A stretch of 64,000 bases of DNA. It comes from an uncultured delta proteobacterium (GTDB lineage Bacteria; Desulfobacterota; WTBG01). Location: the NCBI GenBank assembly GCA_963793865.1, contig CAWCBP010000012.1, forward strand, positions 104,986 through 168,985, read 5' to 3'. Each line of letters starts with the position of its first letter. Position 1 is the first letter of the stretch. This document shows, one piece after another, positions 19,916 through 29,462 of this stretch. The notes under the pieces were generated by a model that saw only the letters and a list, made by a program, of their open reading frames with translations, had not been told where the DNA came from and made no database searches. A program made the position numbers and the translations under genes.

Positions 19916-21085
19916 TTGGTGTTTTATACAAAACGATTCCTGAAATTGTTCCTGATCATCGTTCTGCCCTGCTGTCACTTGATCGTCCCGGGTTTCTCCG
20001 AAGGGCGGCCGGCGCCGAGCGTTTATGTTACCGCCCGGTCCGCCATTCTTATCGATGCCGCCACCGGCGAGGTCCTCTTCGAAAAAGCCGCCGATGTTCC
20101 GCTGCCGCCCGCCAGCACGACCAAGGTCATGACTGCCCTGATTGCCCTGGAGCAGAAATCCCTCAGCACCGTTATGCCGGTGAGCAAAAATGCGAGCAGC
20201 GTCCCTCCCTGTAAAATTTACGTCCGCGCCAATGAGCAGTGGCCACTCGATAAGCTTCTGTACGGCATCCTCCTGAAATCCGCCAATGATGCGAGCGTGG
20301 TCATTGCCGAAGGAACCTCCGGCTCGGTGGAAAAATTCGCCGATCTCATGAACCGCAAGGCCATTGAAATCGGCGCCCGCCACACCCACTTCGTCAATCC
20401 GCACGGGTTGGACGCGAGCGGGCACTATACGACAGCGCGGGACCTGGCGCTTATATTTCAATATGCCGGAAGGCAGCCGGTTTTCCGCCAAATCGCGGGA
20501 ACCAGGACCATGTCCATCACCAACCCCAGGTCACGGACTGTTTTCCTTAAAAACCACAACCGGCTGCTGGGAACCTACCCGGGGATGCTGTACGGGAAAT
20601 CCGGTTATACATCGAAAGCCAAACGCTGTTTTGTCGGACAGGCCTCCCGCGGGGGAAGGGACCTCATCGTCTGCGTCCTGGGGTCACAGAATCATTTTAA
20701 GGATGCGGCCCGCCTGCTCGATTATGGTTTTAAGACTGCACCAGAACCTCGTTTCGCCAAACTGGAGAGGGACACATCAGTTACCGATGCGGCTCCGGCA
20801 TCAAAGAGCCGGGGATTCGTCATCCAGGCGGCCTCTTTTTCTGACCGTGCCAGGGCCGCTGATCTTCACGACATGCTGATAGCTCACGGGTATCCCTCAT
20901 TCATTGAAACGGTTTTTTTCGGCAGTGACGGAACCCGTCACCGGGTCAAGGTGGGGTATTACACGGAACGGGAATACGCTGAAAAAACCCGGTACCGGCT
21001 TGTCAAAGATTTCAACCTGCGTCCTCTCATATCGTTTGAGCAGGAGGACGTACAGACGAAGAGCGCTGCACAGCCCGGGGCGTGA
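19916..21085 (+). CDS. D-Ala-D-Ala carboxypeptidase (S11) with C-terminal SPOR domain
   Basis: PASTTK (SxxK), SAND (SxN), NPHGLD, GKSG; tail IQAASF..HRVKVG. Confidence 0.92.
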   Translation: MVFYTKRFLKLFLIIVLPCCHLIVPGFSEGRPAPSVYVTARSAILIDAATGEVLFEKAADVPLPPASTTKVMTALIALEQKSLSTVMPVSKNASSVPPCKIYVRANEQWPLDKLLYGILLKSANDASVVIAEGTSGSVEKFADLMNRKAIEIGARHTHFVNPHGLDASGHYTTARDLALIFQYAGRQPVFRQIAGTRTMSITNPRSRTVFLKNHNRLLGTYPGMLYGKSGYTSKAKRCFVGQASRGGRDLIVCVLGSQNHFKDAARLLDYGFKTAPEPRFAKLERDTSVTDAAPASKSRGFVIQAASFSDRARAADLHDMLIAHGYPSFIETVFFGSDGTRHRVKVGYYTEREYAEKTRYRLVKDFNLRPLISFEQEDVQTKSAAQPGA

Positions 21086-21151
21086 GGGGAAGCGCAGCGG
21101 GAATTTTTCTAACCCAAAGCAGGTTCTTATCCCTTGATCAAGGGGTGTGCC

Positions 21152-21511
21152 ATGGCATGTCATCGAATACCCAAAGAACAGGCGATGGATTTAAAGCCCT
21201 CGGACGTCACCGGCACCGTCAGCGATCTGGCCCTGGTTACCAAGGCCATCGATAAGCCGATCAGCCAACACATGACCGCCGGTTATCTTGAGCTGAAGCC
21301 GGGATATGACCGGGAGCTGAAAACGGAATACGAGGAGGTCAACGTTTTTCTGGAAGGATCACTGACCTATTCGTTTAACGGCGAAAGCTTCGTCGCCCGC
21401 AAAGGCGATCTGGTGTTGATCGAACAGGGGAGCCGTGTCCACTATACCACGGATGAAGGCTGCCTGGTATTCTACGCGCTCTATCCCCAGCTCAAACCGC
21501 GCCGGGTCTGA
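21152..21511 (+). CDS. Small cupin protein (EutQ-like)
   Basis: MTAGYLE, YEEV..FLEGSL, ARKGDLVLIEQGS. Confidence 0.7.
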   Translation: MACHRIPKEQAMDLKPSDVTGTVSDLALVTKAIDKPISQHMTAGYLELKPGYDRELKTEYEEVNVFLEGSLTYSFNGESFVARKGDLVLIEQGSRVHYTTDEGCLVFYALYPQLKPRRV

Positions 21512-21547
21512 GGTGTGGGCGTGCGCGGGGCTCGCCGCATGCGCGCG

Positions 21548-21626
21548 TCCGGGGATGCCATACTTAATTCAGTATTGCGTTGGTTCTTTTAAGTTTTAAT
21601 CCGCCATTTAGTATGGTGTCCCCGGA
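21548..21626. repeat. Miniature inverted-repeat element; orphan end at 16354..16376
   Basis: TCCGGGGATGCCATACTTAAT / ATTTAGTATGGTGTCCCCGGA (21 bp, 3 mismatches). Confidence 0.65.
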
Positions 21627-21751
21627 ATTCTTCTCCGTCATCCCTGTTTTCTTCTTGCCATCCTCCTCAACGTATCAAATCTTCTATGTTTTGACGGAAC
21701 CGTTTTTTATATAATGCGCATGCCCTGACGCGGGGAAAGGTTCGATGTGTC

Positions 21752-22603
21752 ATGCCGAAAGTCAGCGTTATAATTCCCACCCACAACCGCGCGGCCATGG
21801 TGCGGGAAGCCATTGAATCCGTGCTTGCGCAGAGCTATGCCGACCGGGAACTGATTGTGGTGGACGACGGGTCAACCGACGGCACAGAGGCGGCGATTTC
21901 CTCCCTCATCCCTCAGCTCACCTATGTCTACCAGGAGCATCGGGGTGTGAGCGCCGCCCGGAACCGGGGTGCTTCGCTCGCGCGGGGCGAATACCTTGCC
22001 TTTCTCGACTCCGATGACCTCTGGCTCAGGGACAAGCTGGGCAGGCAGATGCAGTTCATGGAGTCGCACCCTGAGGCGCTCATATGCTACACTGATGAGA
22101 TATGGATACGGAGAGGGGTGCGGGTCAATCCCATGAAGAAGCACAAAAAACACTCGGGAATGATCTTTCCCCACTGCCTCCCGCTCTGCATTATCAGCCC
22201 CTCATCGGCTCTGTTTGCCCGCGGACTTCTGGAGGAGACGGGCATGTTCGACGAGACGCTGGCGGTGTGCGAGGATTATGACCTCTGGCTCCGCATCGCG
22301 GCGCGCTATCCCGTGTACCTGGTGGATGCTCCTCTCATCGTCAAGCGGGGGGGGCACGATGATCAGCTTTCCCGCAGCCGGACCGGCCAGGACCGTTATC
22401 GCATCGCGGCCATCGAGAAGCTGTTGCGGGGAGGACAACTCACCGCCGGCCAAAGGGAGCTCGCGGTCAGGGAGCTGGTCAGGAAATGTTCCATTTACGG
22501 GAACGGGTGCATTAAACGGGGGAGGGGCGACGAAGGCGAACGCTTCCTGGCCATTGCTGCCGCATACAGCACCCCGGGAGCCGCAAAGGTGGAGCCGATA
22601 TGA
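21752..22603 (+). CDS. Family 2 glycosyltransferase
   Basis: VSVIIPT, VVDDGSTD, GVSAARN, FLDSDD, EDYDLWLR. Confidence 0.93.
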   Translation: MPKVSVIIPTHNRAAMVREAIESVLAQSYADRELIVVDDGSTDGTEAAISSLIPQLTYVYQEHRGVSAARNRGASLARGEYLAFLDSDDLWLRDKLGRQMQFMESHPEALICYTDEIWIRRGVRVNPMKKHKKHSGMIFPHCLPLCIISPSSALFARGLLEETGMFDETLAVCEDYDLWLRIAARYPVYLVDAPLIVKRGGHDDQLSRSRTGQDRYRIAAIEKLLRGGQLTAGQRELAVRELVRKCSIYGNGCIKRGRGDEGERFLAIAAAYSTPGAAKVEPI

Positions 22604-24126
22604 TTCCAACCATAGGAGAGATGCTGGCCATTTCAGCCGGCAGGGTTCCCGGAAGGCGGGCGCTGGTGTGCGATAATGAGGAGCTAAGCTACCGGGAGCT
22701 CAATGCCCGGGTGAATCAGACAGTGCGTGGTTTCATGACCTGCGGTATTACCGCCCATGACCGGGTGGCCCTGCTGCTTCATAACAGCGTTGAGCTGGCC
22801 GTGCTGCTGATGGGCCTGGCCCGGGCGGGCATTGTCGGCATCCCGCTCAATTACAGGCTTCACCCGGGGGAGCTTGCCGCTGTGATTGCCCAATCCGGCG
22901 CCACCGTTCTGTTCGTGGGCGATGAGTTGGAACCCCTCTTCACTGCGTGCGATATCCATGCCTCGTCGGTCAGATCTGTCATGCAGGTAAAAACCTCGTC
23001 CGCCAAGGGAGGCGGTTTTTGGGAAATCTGCAGGGGCCGGCCGGACGGCCATCTCCCGGCTGCAGCGGGGCCCGGCCGCGATTCCTTCATCATTTACACC
23101 TCCGGCACCACGGGATTCCCGCGCGGGGTGGTTCTGACCCACGGCAATCACTTTTGGAACGCGGTGAATTATTCGGTCGCCTACGGGATGACGGAGACCG
23201 ACGTGGAGTTGGGGCTCTCGCCTCTCTTTCATTCAGCAACCCTGGGAAGGATGATCACCTGTTTTTTTGTCGGCGCCGCCTTTGTGACCTCCCGGCAGTT
23301 TCATCCCCAAACCGCCATGGAGCTTATCGCACGAAACCGGGTTACCTCCATAACCCAGTCGCCCACCATGTATGCCGCCCTTGGCAATCTCACCGGCGCG
23401 GATCGATACGACACCGGATCGGTAAGACGAGTTGTCTCCGGTGCTGCTTTGCTTTTCCCCGGCTTACGGAAAGACCTGTCCCGGCTGTTTCCCGGTGCCG
23501 GCATATTTGATCTGTACGGGCTGACCGAGGCCGCTCCGGGTGTCTCCATACTGACCCCCCATGATCCCCCTGAAAAGATGGACAGCGTGGGCCGGCCGAT
23601 GGTGAGTGTCCGGATCAGCATTGTCGACGAGTGCGGCGTCGCAGTGCCTGCCGGGGAGTGCGGTGAAATTCTGTGCCGCGGGCCGAACGTCATGAAGGGC
23701 TACTACAATAATGAAGCGGCCACTGCTGAAGCGCTTAAAGACGGATGGCTCCATACGGGAGACACCGGAAAAATCGATGAGGATGGATACCTCTATCTGA
23801 CCGGCAGAAAAAAAGAGATGATCATCCGCGGGGGGGAAAAAATCTATCCCGCTGATGTGGAACGGGTCCTCCACGCCCACCCCGCTGTTGCCGAAGCCGC
23901 GGTGATAGGCGTGCCCGATGACTACTGGGGCGAGCGGGTTGCGGCGGTCGTGGTCCTCCGCGCGGGGGAAACCCTGGGCGAACAGGACCTGATTGCCTTT
24001 TGTTCACGCCATGTGGCCCGCTACAAAATACCCGCGTGCGTTACCTTTACCGACCGCCTGCCTAAAAACGCAGCCGGGAAGGTGATAAAGTCCTATTTGG
24101 GGACGTTGTTGACTAAGTGGAATTGA
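22600..24126 (+). CDS. Acyl-CoA synthetase / AMP-binding enzyme
   Basis: YTSGTTGFPRG, YGLTE, GWLHTGD, LPKNAAGK; last residues are encoded by the RAYT left inverted repeat. Confidence 0.92.
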   Translation: MIPTIGEMLAISAGRVPGRRALVCDNEELSYRELNARVNQTVRGFMTCGITAHDRVALLLHNSVELAVLLMGLARAGIVGIPLNYRLHPGELAAVIAQSGATVLFVGDELEPLFTACDIHASSVRSVMQVKTSSAKGGGFWEICRGRPDGHLPAAAGPGRDSFIIYTSGTTGFPRGVVLTHGNHFWNAVNYSVAYGMTETDVELGLSPLFHSATLGRMITCFFVGAAFVTSRQFHPQTAMELIARNRVTSITQSPTMYAALGNLTGADRYDTGSVRRVVSGAALLFPGLRKDLSRLFPGAGIFDLYGLTEAAPGVSILTPHDPPEKMDSVGRPMVSVRISIVDECGVAVPAGECGEILCRGPNVMKGYYNNEAATAEALKDGWLHTGDTGKIDEDGYLYLTGRKKEMIIRGGEKIYPADVERVLHAHPAVAEAAVIGVPDDYWGERVAAVVVLRAGETLGEQDLIAFCSRHVARYKIPACVTFTDRLPKNAAGKVIKSYLGTLLTKWN

Positions 24127-25174
24127 TATGATAAGGGATAACATACCTTTTCATCACCCGGCGGAGAATGTATGCCGAGACAAGCGCGGCTTGATGCCTC
24201 AGGAACACTGCATCACGTAATCGTGAGAGGCATTGAAAAGAGAAGGATTGTTGATGACCAAAAGGATCGAGAGGCGTTCGTCTCGCGTTTGGGAGATGTT
24301 GCTACTGATACCCGGACAGTGATATATGCCTGGTCATTAATGAACAATCATGTACATCTGCTTGTGCGGAGCGGTCCTTCCGGTTTGTCCCAATTCATGC
24401 GGCGCTTACTTACCGGCTATGCCGTCTGGTACAACCGGAGACATTCGCGCATTGGTCATGTTTTTCATAACCGCTACAAGTCGATCGTCTGTGATGAAGA
24501 CCCCTATTTTCGCCAGTTGATACGCTACATTCATTTGAATCCATTAAGGGTGCAACTGGTTAAGGATATATCTGAACTCAACCGGCATCCCTGGAGCGGC
24601 CATGGGGTCATAATGGGAAACGTCAAGCATGAATGGCAGGATCGGAGTTATGTATTATCATGCTTTGGTAAAAAGGAAGCCGCGGCAAAAAAAGCCTATC
24701 TCGCCTATCTCGAGGAAGGAGTGGCGCAGGGTAGAAGGCCCGATCTGACCGGTGGTGGTTTAGTGCGCTCTCTTGGGGGATGGTCAGAAGTGGTAAGCTT
24801 GCGCAGCAACAAGCAGCACGTGTTGACCGACGAGCGCATTCTTGGGTCTGGAGATTTTGTTGAAATGGTTCTTAAAGAAGCTGATGAGAGGTTCGGGTTC
24901 CAGATTCAAGCAAAGCAGCAGAGATCCAGGATGCAGCAAATAATCGAGGACGTGTGCAGGAAGGAAGGAATTAATATCAAAGAATTGCGTTTGGGCGGCC
25001 GCAGAAAAATGGTTTCGAGAGTCCGGGCAGATTTAGCTCATACATTAAGTAACGAATTGGGGATTCCTTCGGCAGAGATTGCTCGTCAGTTGGGGGTGTC
25101 CACATCTGCGATTGGCAAGGTTCTTCAACAAAGGGAGAAAAGTAATTCCACTTAGTCAACAACGTCCCCAAATA
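24094..25174. mobile_element. RAYT element 1 with perfect 31-bp terminal inverted repeats
   Basis: TATTTGGGGACGTTGTTGACTAAGTGGAATT (24094..24124) and its exact reverse complement (25144..25174). Confidence 0.88.
24172..25155 (+). CDS. REP-associated tyrosine (Y1 HUH) transposase with C-terminal HTH
   Basis: MPRQAR..HHVIVRG, LMNNHVHLL (HUH), YIHLNP, WS; C-terminal AEIARQLGVSTSAI. Confidence 0.92.
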   Translation: MPRQARLDASGTLHHVIVRGIEKRRIVDDQKDREAFVSRLGDVATDTRTVIYAWSLMNNHVHLLVRSGPSGLSQFMRRLLTGYAVWYNRRHSRIGHVFHNRYKSIVCDEDPYFRQLIRYIHLNPLRVQLVKDISELNRHPWSGHGVIMGNVKHEWQDRSYVLSCFGKKEAAAKKAYLAYLEEGVAQGRRPDLTGGGLVRSLGGWSEVVSLRSNKQHVLTDERILGSGDFVEMVLKEADERFGFQIQAKQQRSRMQQIIEDVCRKEGINIKELRLGGRRKMVSRVRADLAHTLSNELGIPSAEIARQLGVSTSAIGKVLQQREKSNST

Positions 25175-26031
25175 TGGTAGGGTTAGAACAAAAGAAAGTC
25201 GGGGTGGTGTTCTCGTCGGGGTTCTTCGGGTTTTTTGCCCATGCCGGCTGTTTGCAGGCCCTGGAGGAGACGGGCGTGCGGCCGGTCGGCTATGGCGGCA
25301 CCAGCTCGGGCGCCATTGTGGCCGCCTACGCCGCGGGGGGCATGAAAGCCCGGGACATGGCCTCTCTCTTTCTGAACCTCAGGAAGAGCGATTTTTGGGA
25401 TCCCGGGCCCTGGTATCAAACCGCTGCCGCGGCCCTGAAGCTGTTCAGGGGCTGGCCCGGCTACCTCGAGGGGGCACGGTTCAACCGGCTGCTGGCCGGC
25501 ACGCTCCCGGTTAAGCGGTTTGAAGATTTGCCCGTACCCTGCGTTATTGCCGGCTGCAATCTGACGCGGCATGCACAGCAGGTCTTCACCTCGGGAAGCA
25601 TTGCCGACGCGGTGCAGGCCTCCGGTACCATTCCCTGGATCTTCAAATTCAAGGAGATCGGAGGAGATCTTTTTCTGGACGGAGGGCTGGTTGACAAGGC
25701 CCCCCTGGAAGCGCTGGCGGAGAGAATCGATGCCGAGGTCATCATCGTGCACTATATCGATTCACACAACCTGGGGGACGCGCGGCATTCATTTCTATCC
25801 AAGCTATTTTCACCCCAGAAGGCATACAGCCTGGCGGTGAGCATCGCACGCCGGGAGCACTACCGGAGCCAGCTGAAACTGGTGCGGCAGCGGGGAATTT
25901 CCGTCATTGAGCTTACACCTTCCCTGCCCCGGGTAACACCCGACCGGCTGCATGCGGGGAGGGATGCCTTCGACGCGGCTTACAGGCATGCGAAGGCGGC
26001 TCTGGGGGAGGCTGCCGCCAGGCCGGCATAG
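25174..26031 (+). CDS. Patatin-like phospholipase
   Basis: GTSSG nucleophile motif, DGG. Confidence 0.9.
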   Translation: MVGLEQKKVGVVFSSGFFGFFAHAGCLQALEETGVRPVGYGGTSSGAIVAAYAAGGMKARDMASLFLNLRKSDFWDPGPWYQTAAAALKLFRGWPGYLEGARFNRLLAGTLPVKRFEDLPVPCVIAGCNLTRHAQQVFTSGSIADAVQASGTIPWIFKFKEIGGDLFLDGGLVDKAPLEALAERIDAEVIIVHYIDSHNLGDARHSFLSKLFSPQKAYSLAVSIARREHYRSQLKLVRQRGISVIELTPSLPRVTPDRLHAGRDAFDAAYRHAKAALGEAAARPA

Positions 26032-26077
26032 GAAAGGCGCGATACAAGGACATTAATATCAGGCGAGGAGAAAGGGG

Positions 26078-26956
26078 ATGAATCCCATGCACCAGACGGC
26101 TGATCAAAAAGCGAGGGTCTCTATCGCGAAAGCGGCCGGCGTGGCCGGGGCGGTTGAAAATGCCCTGCGTCTCATCGGAGGCCTTGAGAAGGCGGTGGCA
26201 GGCTATGCCTCGGTTGTCATTAAGCCCAATTTGTGCGGCGGCGTTCCCGGTGAGCGCGGCTCGCACACCAGCGTCGCCGCAATCGAGGCCGTGCTGCAGC
26301 TGCTCTCTCCCCTGAAAAAAACCGTCTATATCGGCGAGGCGGATGGAAGCTTTAACTGGGCCGACGATGTCTGCAACGCCCTCGACATCTACGACCTGGC
26401 CAAGCGCTACGGCGCCCAGGTGGTTAATCTCAGCAACGGGCCCTCGGTGGAGCTTGCCGTCAGCCAGCCTCTCTCGCTCAAGACGGTTCGCGTCTCACGC
26501 CTGCTCACGGAGAGCGCCATCATAAGCGTGGCCGCGCTCAAGACCCACCCCTGGACAGGGGTGACCTTCAGCATGAAGAACATGTTCGGCGCCATTTATG
26601 AGCAGGAGAAGGCTGTGCTCCATGCGGGGCTGGACAGGAATATCGTCGACATCACGAAAGTCCTGCGGCCCGCCCTGTGCCTGGTGGACGGCAGCTACGC
26701 GGTAAAACAGGGGGGATTCAAATACGGGGTATGGGTCGGCTGTCCGCCCGACAGGATGGACCTGGTGGTCGCGGGACATGATCCGGTAGCAACCGACACC
26801 ATCTGTACCGGTTTGCTCGGCAGGAATCCCGCGCAGGTACAGTACCTCAACCTGGCAGGGGCGCAAAACCTCGGCGTGAACAGCCCGGACCGGATCGATG
26901 TTGCTACGGATAATTTTGACTACGGTGAGCGTGGGTCAGCTCATTCCAGAGCCTGA
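26078..26956 (+). CDS. DUF362 family protein
   Basis: VVIKPN, LKTH..VTFSMKNMFG, DPVATD. Confidence 0.88.
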   Translation: MNPMHQTADQKARVSIAKAAGVAGAVENALRLIGGLEKAVAGYASVVIKPNLCGGVPGERGSHTSVAAIEAVLQLLSPLKKTVYIGEADGSFNWADDVCNALDIYDLAKRYGAQVVNLSNGPSVELAVSQPLSLKTVRVSRLLTESAIISVAALKTHPWTGVTFSMKNMFGAIYEQEKAVLHAGLDRNIVDITKVLRPALCLVDGSYAVKQGGFKYGVWVGCPPDRMDLVVAGHDPVATDTICTGLLGRNPAQVQYLNLAGAQNLGVNSPDRIDVATDNFDYGERGSAHSRA

Positions 26957-27494
26957 CGAACTCCGTAAGGATCCTGGCCGTCGCCCCCCAGATTACATGA
27001 CCTTCATAGCGGTAGACGTGCCCGCGGTAGGCTTTTCCCTCCCGTATGACCGATTCTTCACCGCCGTTGCCCTCGTCGAGGAGGTGGGAAAGAGGAATGG
27101 TGATTATTTGTTCCACCTCGCGCACGCTCAAGACAAAGGGGTAGGGATAAGGAATGACCCCCACTACCGGAGTAACCCGGTATCCGGTCGACTGCGTTCT
27201 CATGTCATCCAGCAGGCCGAGCACCCGCACATCCTCCGGGCGCATGCCGATTTCTTCATGCGTCTCCCGCAGTGCCGTTCCCTCAAAGGTGCCGTCCGAT
27301 TCCTCGCAGATGCCCCCGGGAAAAGAGATCTCGCCTTTGTGGTGCTCAACCTTCCGGCTGCGCTCGATGAAGAGCACGTGGTATGCGCCATTCCTCTTAA
27401 ACAGGGGAAGCAGCACCGCCGCCTGCCTTAAATCACTATCCTGAATGGTGTGCCGTGTCCGCCCGTGGAGCCGGCGCTGCAAGTCTGTTTCCAT
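26904..27494 (-). CDS. Nudix CoA pyrophosphatase
   Basis: AAVLLPL, HKGEISFPGG, ALRETHEEIG, IWGATA. Confidence 0.93.
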   Translation of the reverse strand: METDLQRRLHGRTRHTIQDSDLRQAAVLLPLFKRNGAYHVLFIERSRKVEHHKGEISFPGGICEESDGTFEGTALRETHEEIGMRPEDVRVLGLLDDMRTQSTGYRVTPVVGVIPYPYPFVLSVREVEQIITIPLSHLLDEGNGGEESVIREGKAYRGHVYRYEGHVIWGATARILTEFVRLWNELTHAHRSQNYP

Positions 27495-27587
27495 GCAACA
27501 ATCCTCTTACCGAATCAAAAAAAGATGCCCCTGGTTATAAGGGCATCTTATCGCAAACCACCGTCACCATACAATGGTTTTTACAGT

Positions 27588-28523
27588 TTAATAGGCCACG
27601 TTAACCCTCTGCAGCCTCCGTGCCTTTTCCAGGCTGTCAGCCACCTGCGGCTGCCTGTCCGGGAACTGTTTGATGAGATTGGTATAGCTTTTCTCCGCCT
27701 TGTTATAGTCCTCGAGATCCAGATAGCAGTCCCCCGCCATCTTGTAAACCTCGTCGATGTGCGGATACTGCGGATTTTTTCTCTGAATATCATCCAGCAC
27801 CTGTAACGCGGTCTTGCAATCGTTGAGGTTCTTGTAGCTGAGCGCGAGCTGATAGCCGATGATGGCCTTCTGGGATTCCTGGGGATTCATGGTTAATGCC
27901 AGGGAGTAGGTGGCTATGGCGTTGGCAAATTCGCCCTGATTGAAATAGAGGTTGCCCAGCTCGAAGGCATAGTGCGCATTCCCTGACTGCGCGGAGGGAA
28001 GCTGCAGGAGGTTCCGCTCATCGGGGACCGCTCTTGCCACCCGGGTGAGCACGTCGGAAGGGCTGGACGGCGACACCCCCTGAATGGGCGCCCTCGCGTC
28101 GGCAATCTGCACGTTCGCTGCCGGGGCGGAAGGGGCGGACCGGTAGCTTTGCTGCCGGGCTGCCATCTGCGCGGTGCCGCCCGTTCCCGTAGCGGGAGGA
28201 TACTGGGTATAAATATAGATGCCCAGGGCCAGCATGACCATTGCTGCCATTGCCGGCGCGGGCCTGAAGAGGAATTGGGCCAGCCAGGATCTTTTCTCCT
28301 CGCGGGCGTCGTCCCGGGCGTGCGCCAGAATTCTCTGGTGCACCAGGGCGCCCGGTTCCCGCTCCAGGCGCTTAAAGGACGTGCGGATCAGCTGCAAAGG
28401 GGCCAGCTGCTTCGAGCAGTATTCACAGCCGCCCAGGTGTTCCTCCACGGCGCGCTTTTCTTCCGGGGGCAGTTCGCCGTAAAGGTAGTCGAGATATTTT
28501 TCATCGCATTCGGGACAGTTCAC
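27588..28523 (-). CDS. Zinc-finger anti-sigma factor with TM segment and TPR domain
   Basis: HLGGCEYC (HxxxCxxC), TM, TPR-like repeats; overlaps the sigma gene. Confidence 0.85.
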   Translation of the reverse strand: MNCPECDEKYLDYLYGELPPEEKRAVEEHLGGCEYCSKQLAPLQLIRTSFKRLEREPGALVHQRILAHARDDAREEKRSWLAQFLFRPAPAMAAMVMLALGIYIYTQYPPATGTGGTAQMAARQQSYRSAPSAPAANVQIADARAPIQGVSPSSPSDVLTRVARAVPDERNLLQLPSAQSGNAHYAFELGNLYFNQGEFANAIATYSLALTMNPQESQKAIIGYQLALSYKNLNDCKTALQVLDDIQRKNPQYPHIDEVYKMAGDCYLDLEDYNKAEKSYTNLIKQFPDRQPQVADSLEKARRLQRVNVAY

Positions 28524-29148
28524 CTTCCATTACCTCTTTGTGTGTGATCCCCTCACGTTTGAGATTCCTGCGCAAATGCTCCAGCGCATAGCGCATTCTG
28601 CTCTTTGCCGTGTTGACCGGGCATTTGAGCGTCTCGGCAATTTCGGCAAAGCTTAAATTAAGATCCTCGCGCATGAGAAAAATTTCCCTCTGCTCATCCG
28701 GCAGCGAGTCAATGGCCCTCTTCAGGACCTCGGCCAGTTCCCCCATGTGGGCATTTTTTTCGGGGGAGGGGCTGCTGTGCGGCAGGGTTGTTTCCACGGA
28801 CATGTCTTCGTCGGCGTCTATGGGCTGCGAGAGTGAGGTCAGCTTGCGGTGCTTCATTTTCCGAAAGTGGTCTATGCACCCGTTTCTCGCGATCTGGTAC
28901 AGCCAGGTGGTAAACTTGGCGGAGGGTTCATACCGCTTGCGCGATTTAACCACCTTGAGAAACACGTCCTGGTGCAGCTCCTCGGCCTGATTGCCGCTTT
29001 CCCCGATAAAATGGGAGATGAAATTGAAGATGCCGTGTTGATGTCTCCAGTAGAGGATTTCAAACGCAGCCTCATTGCCACCCCGGTATTGCAGCATCAG
29101 TTCCTCGTCGCTCTGTTGATTCGCCTGGTTCCTTTGATCACTGGTCAA
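28501..29148 (-). CDS. ECF RNA polymerase sigma factor
   Basis: AEELHQDVF, FTTWLYQIARN, SFAEIA..TAKSRM. Confidence 0.93.
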   Translation of the reverse strand: MTSDQRNQANQQSDEELMLQYRGGNEAAFEILYWRHQHGIFNFISHFIGESGNQAEELHQDVFLKVVKSRKRYEPSAKFTTWLYQIARNGCIDHFRKMKHRKLTSLSQPIDADEDMSVETTLPHSSPSPEKNAHMGELAEVLKRAIDSLPDEQREIFLMREDLNLSFAEIAETLKCPVNTAKSRMRYALEHLRRNLKREGITHKEVMEGELSRMR

Positions 29149-29316
29149 AGTTATTCAGCCCATTGAAAGTAAGGTTAGAAACGATGTAAATCATAAAAAG
29201 TTTTGACGTTGTGCCGGCGTCGGCAATTTCTTTTTTTCATCTATATCACGATTTTTCCTTGTTTTCAACCTGTATGGCAACCGGCCGCTTTTTTATGGGG
29301 CCTGAAGGCTTTTGAA

Positions 29317-29346
29317 TTGACAAATCCTGTGCATCTCCGGTAATTT
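29317..29346 (+). promoter_or_regulatory. Candidate sigma70 promoter for the MFS gene
   Basis: TTGACA-18-TAATTT. Confidence 0.45.
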
Positions 29347-29462
29347 CTTGCATATGCCGGCTCTATGGGAGATTTTGCCCTAAAACAGGGGGTGTGTTGT
29401 TGATCATGAACCGGATCAAGGGGTTGTAAGCCGTTACGCTTGATTCATACAAGGGGGGTTTT

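Noticed and set aside
21691..21715. TTGACG/TATAAT promoter before the glycosyltransferase
   Set aside because: Spacer is only 13 nt; the -10 may be real but the pairing is unsupported
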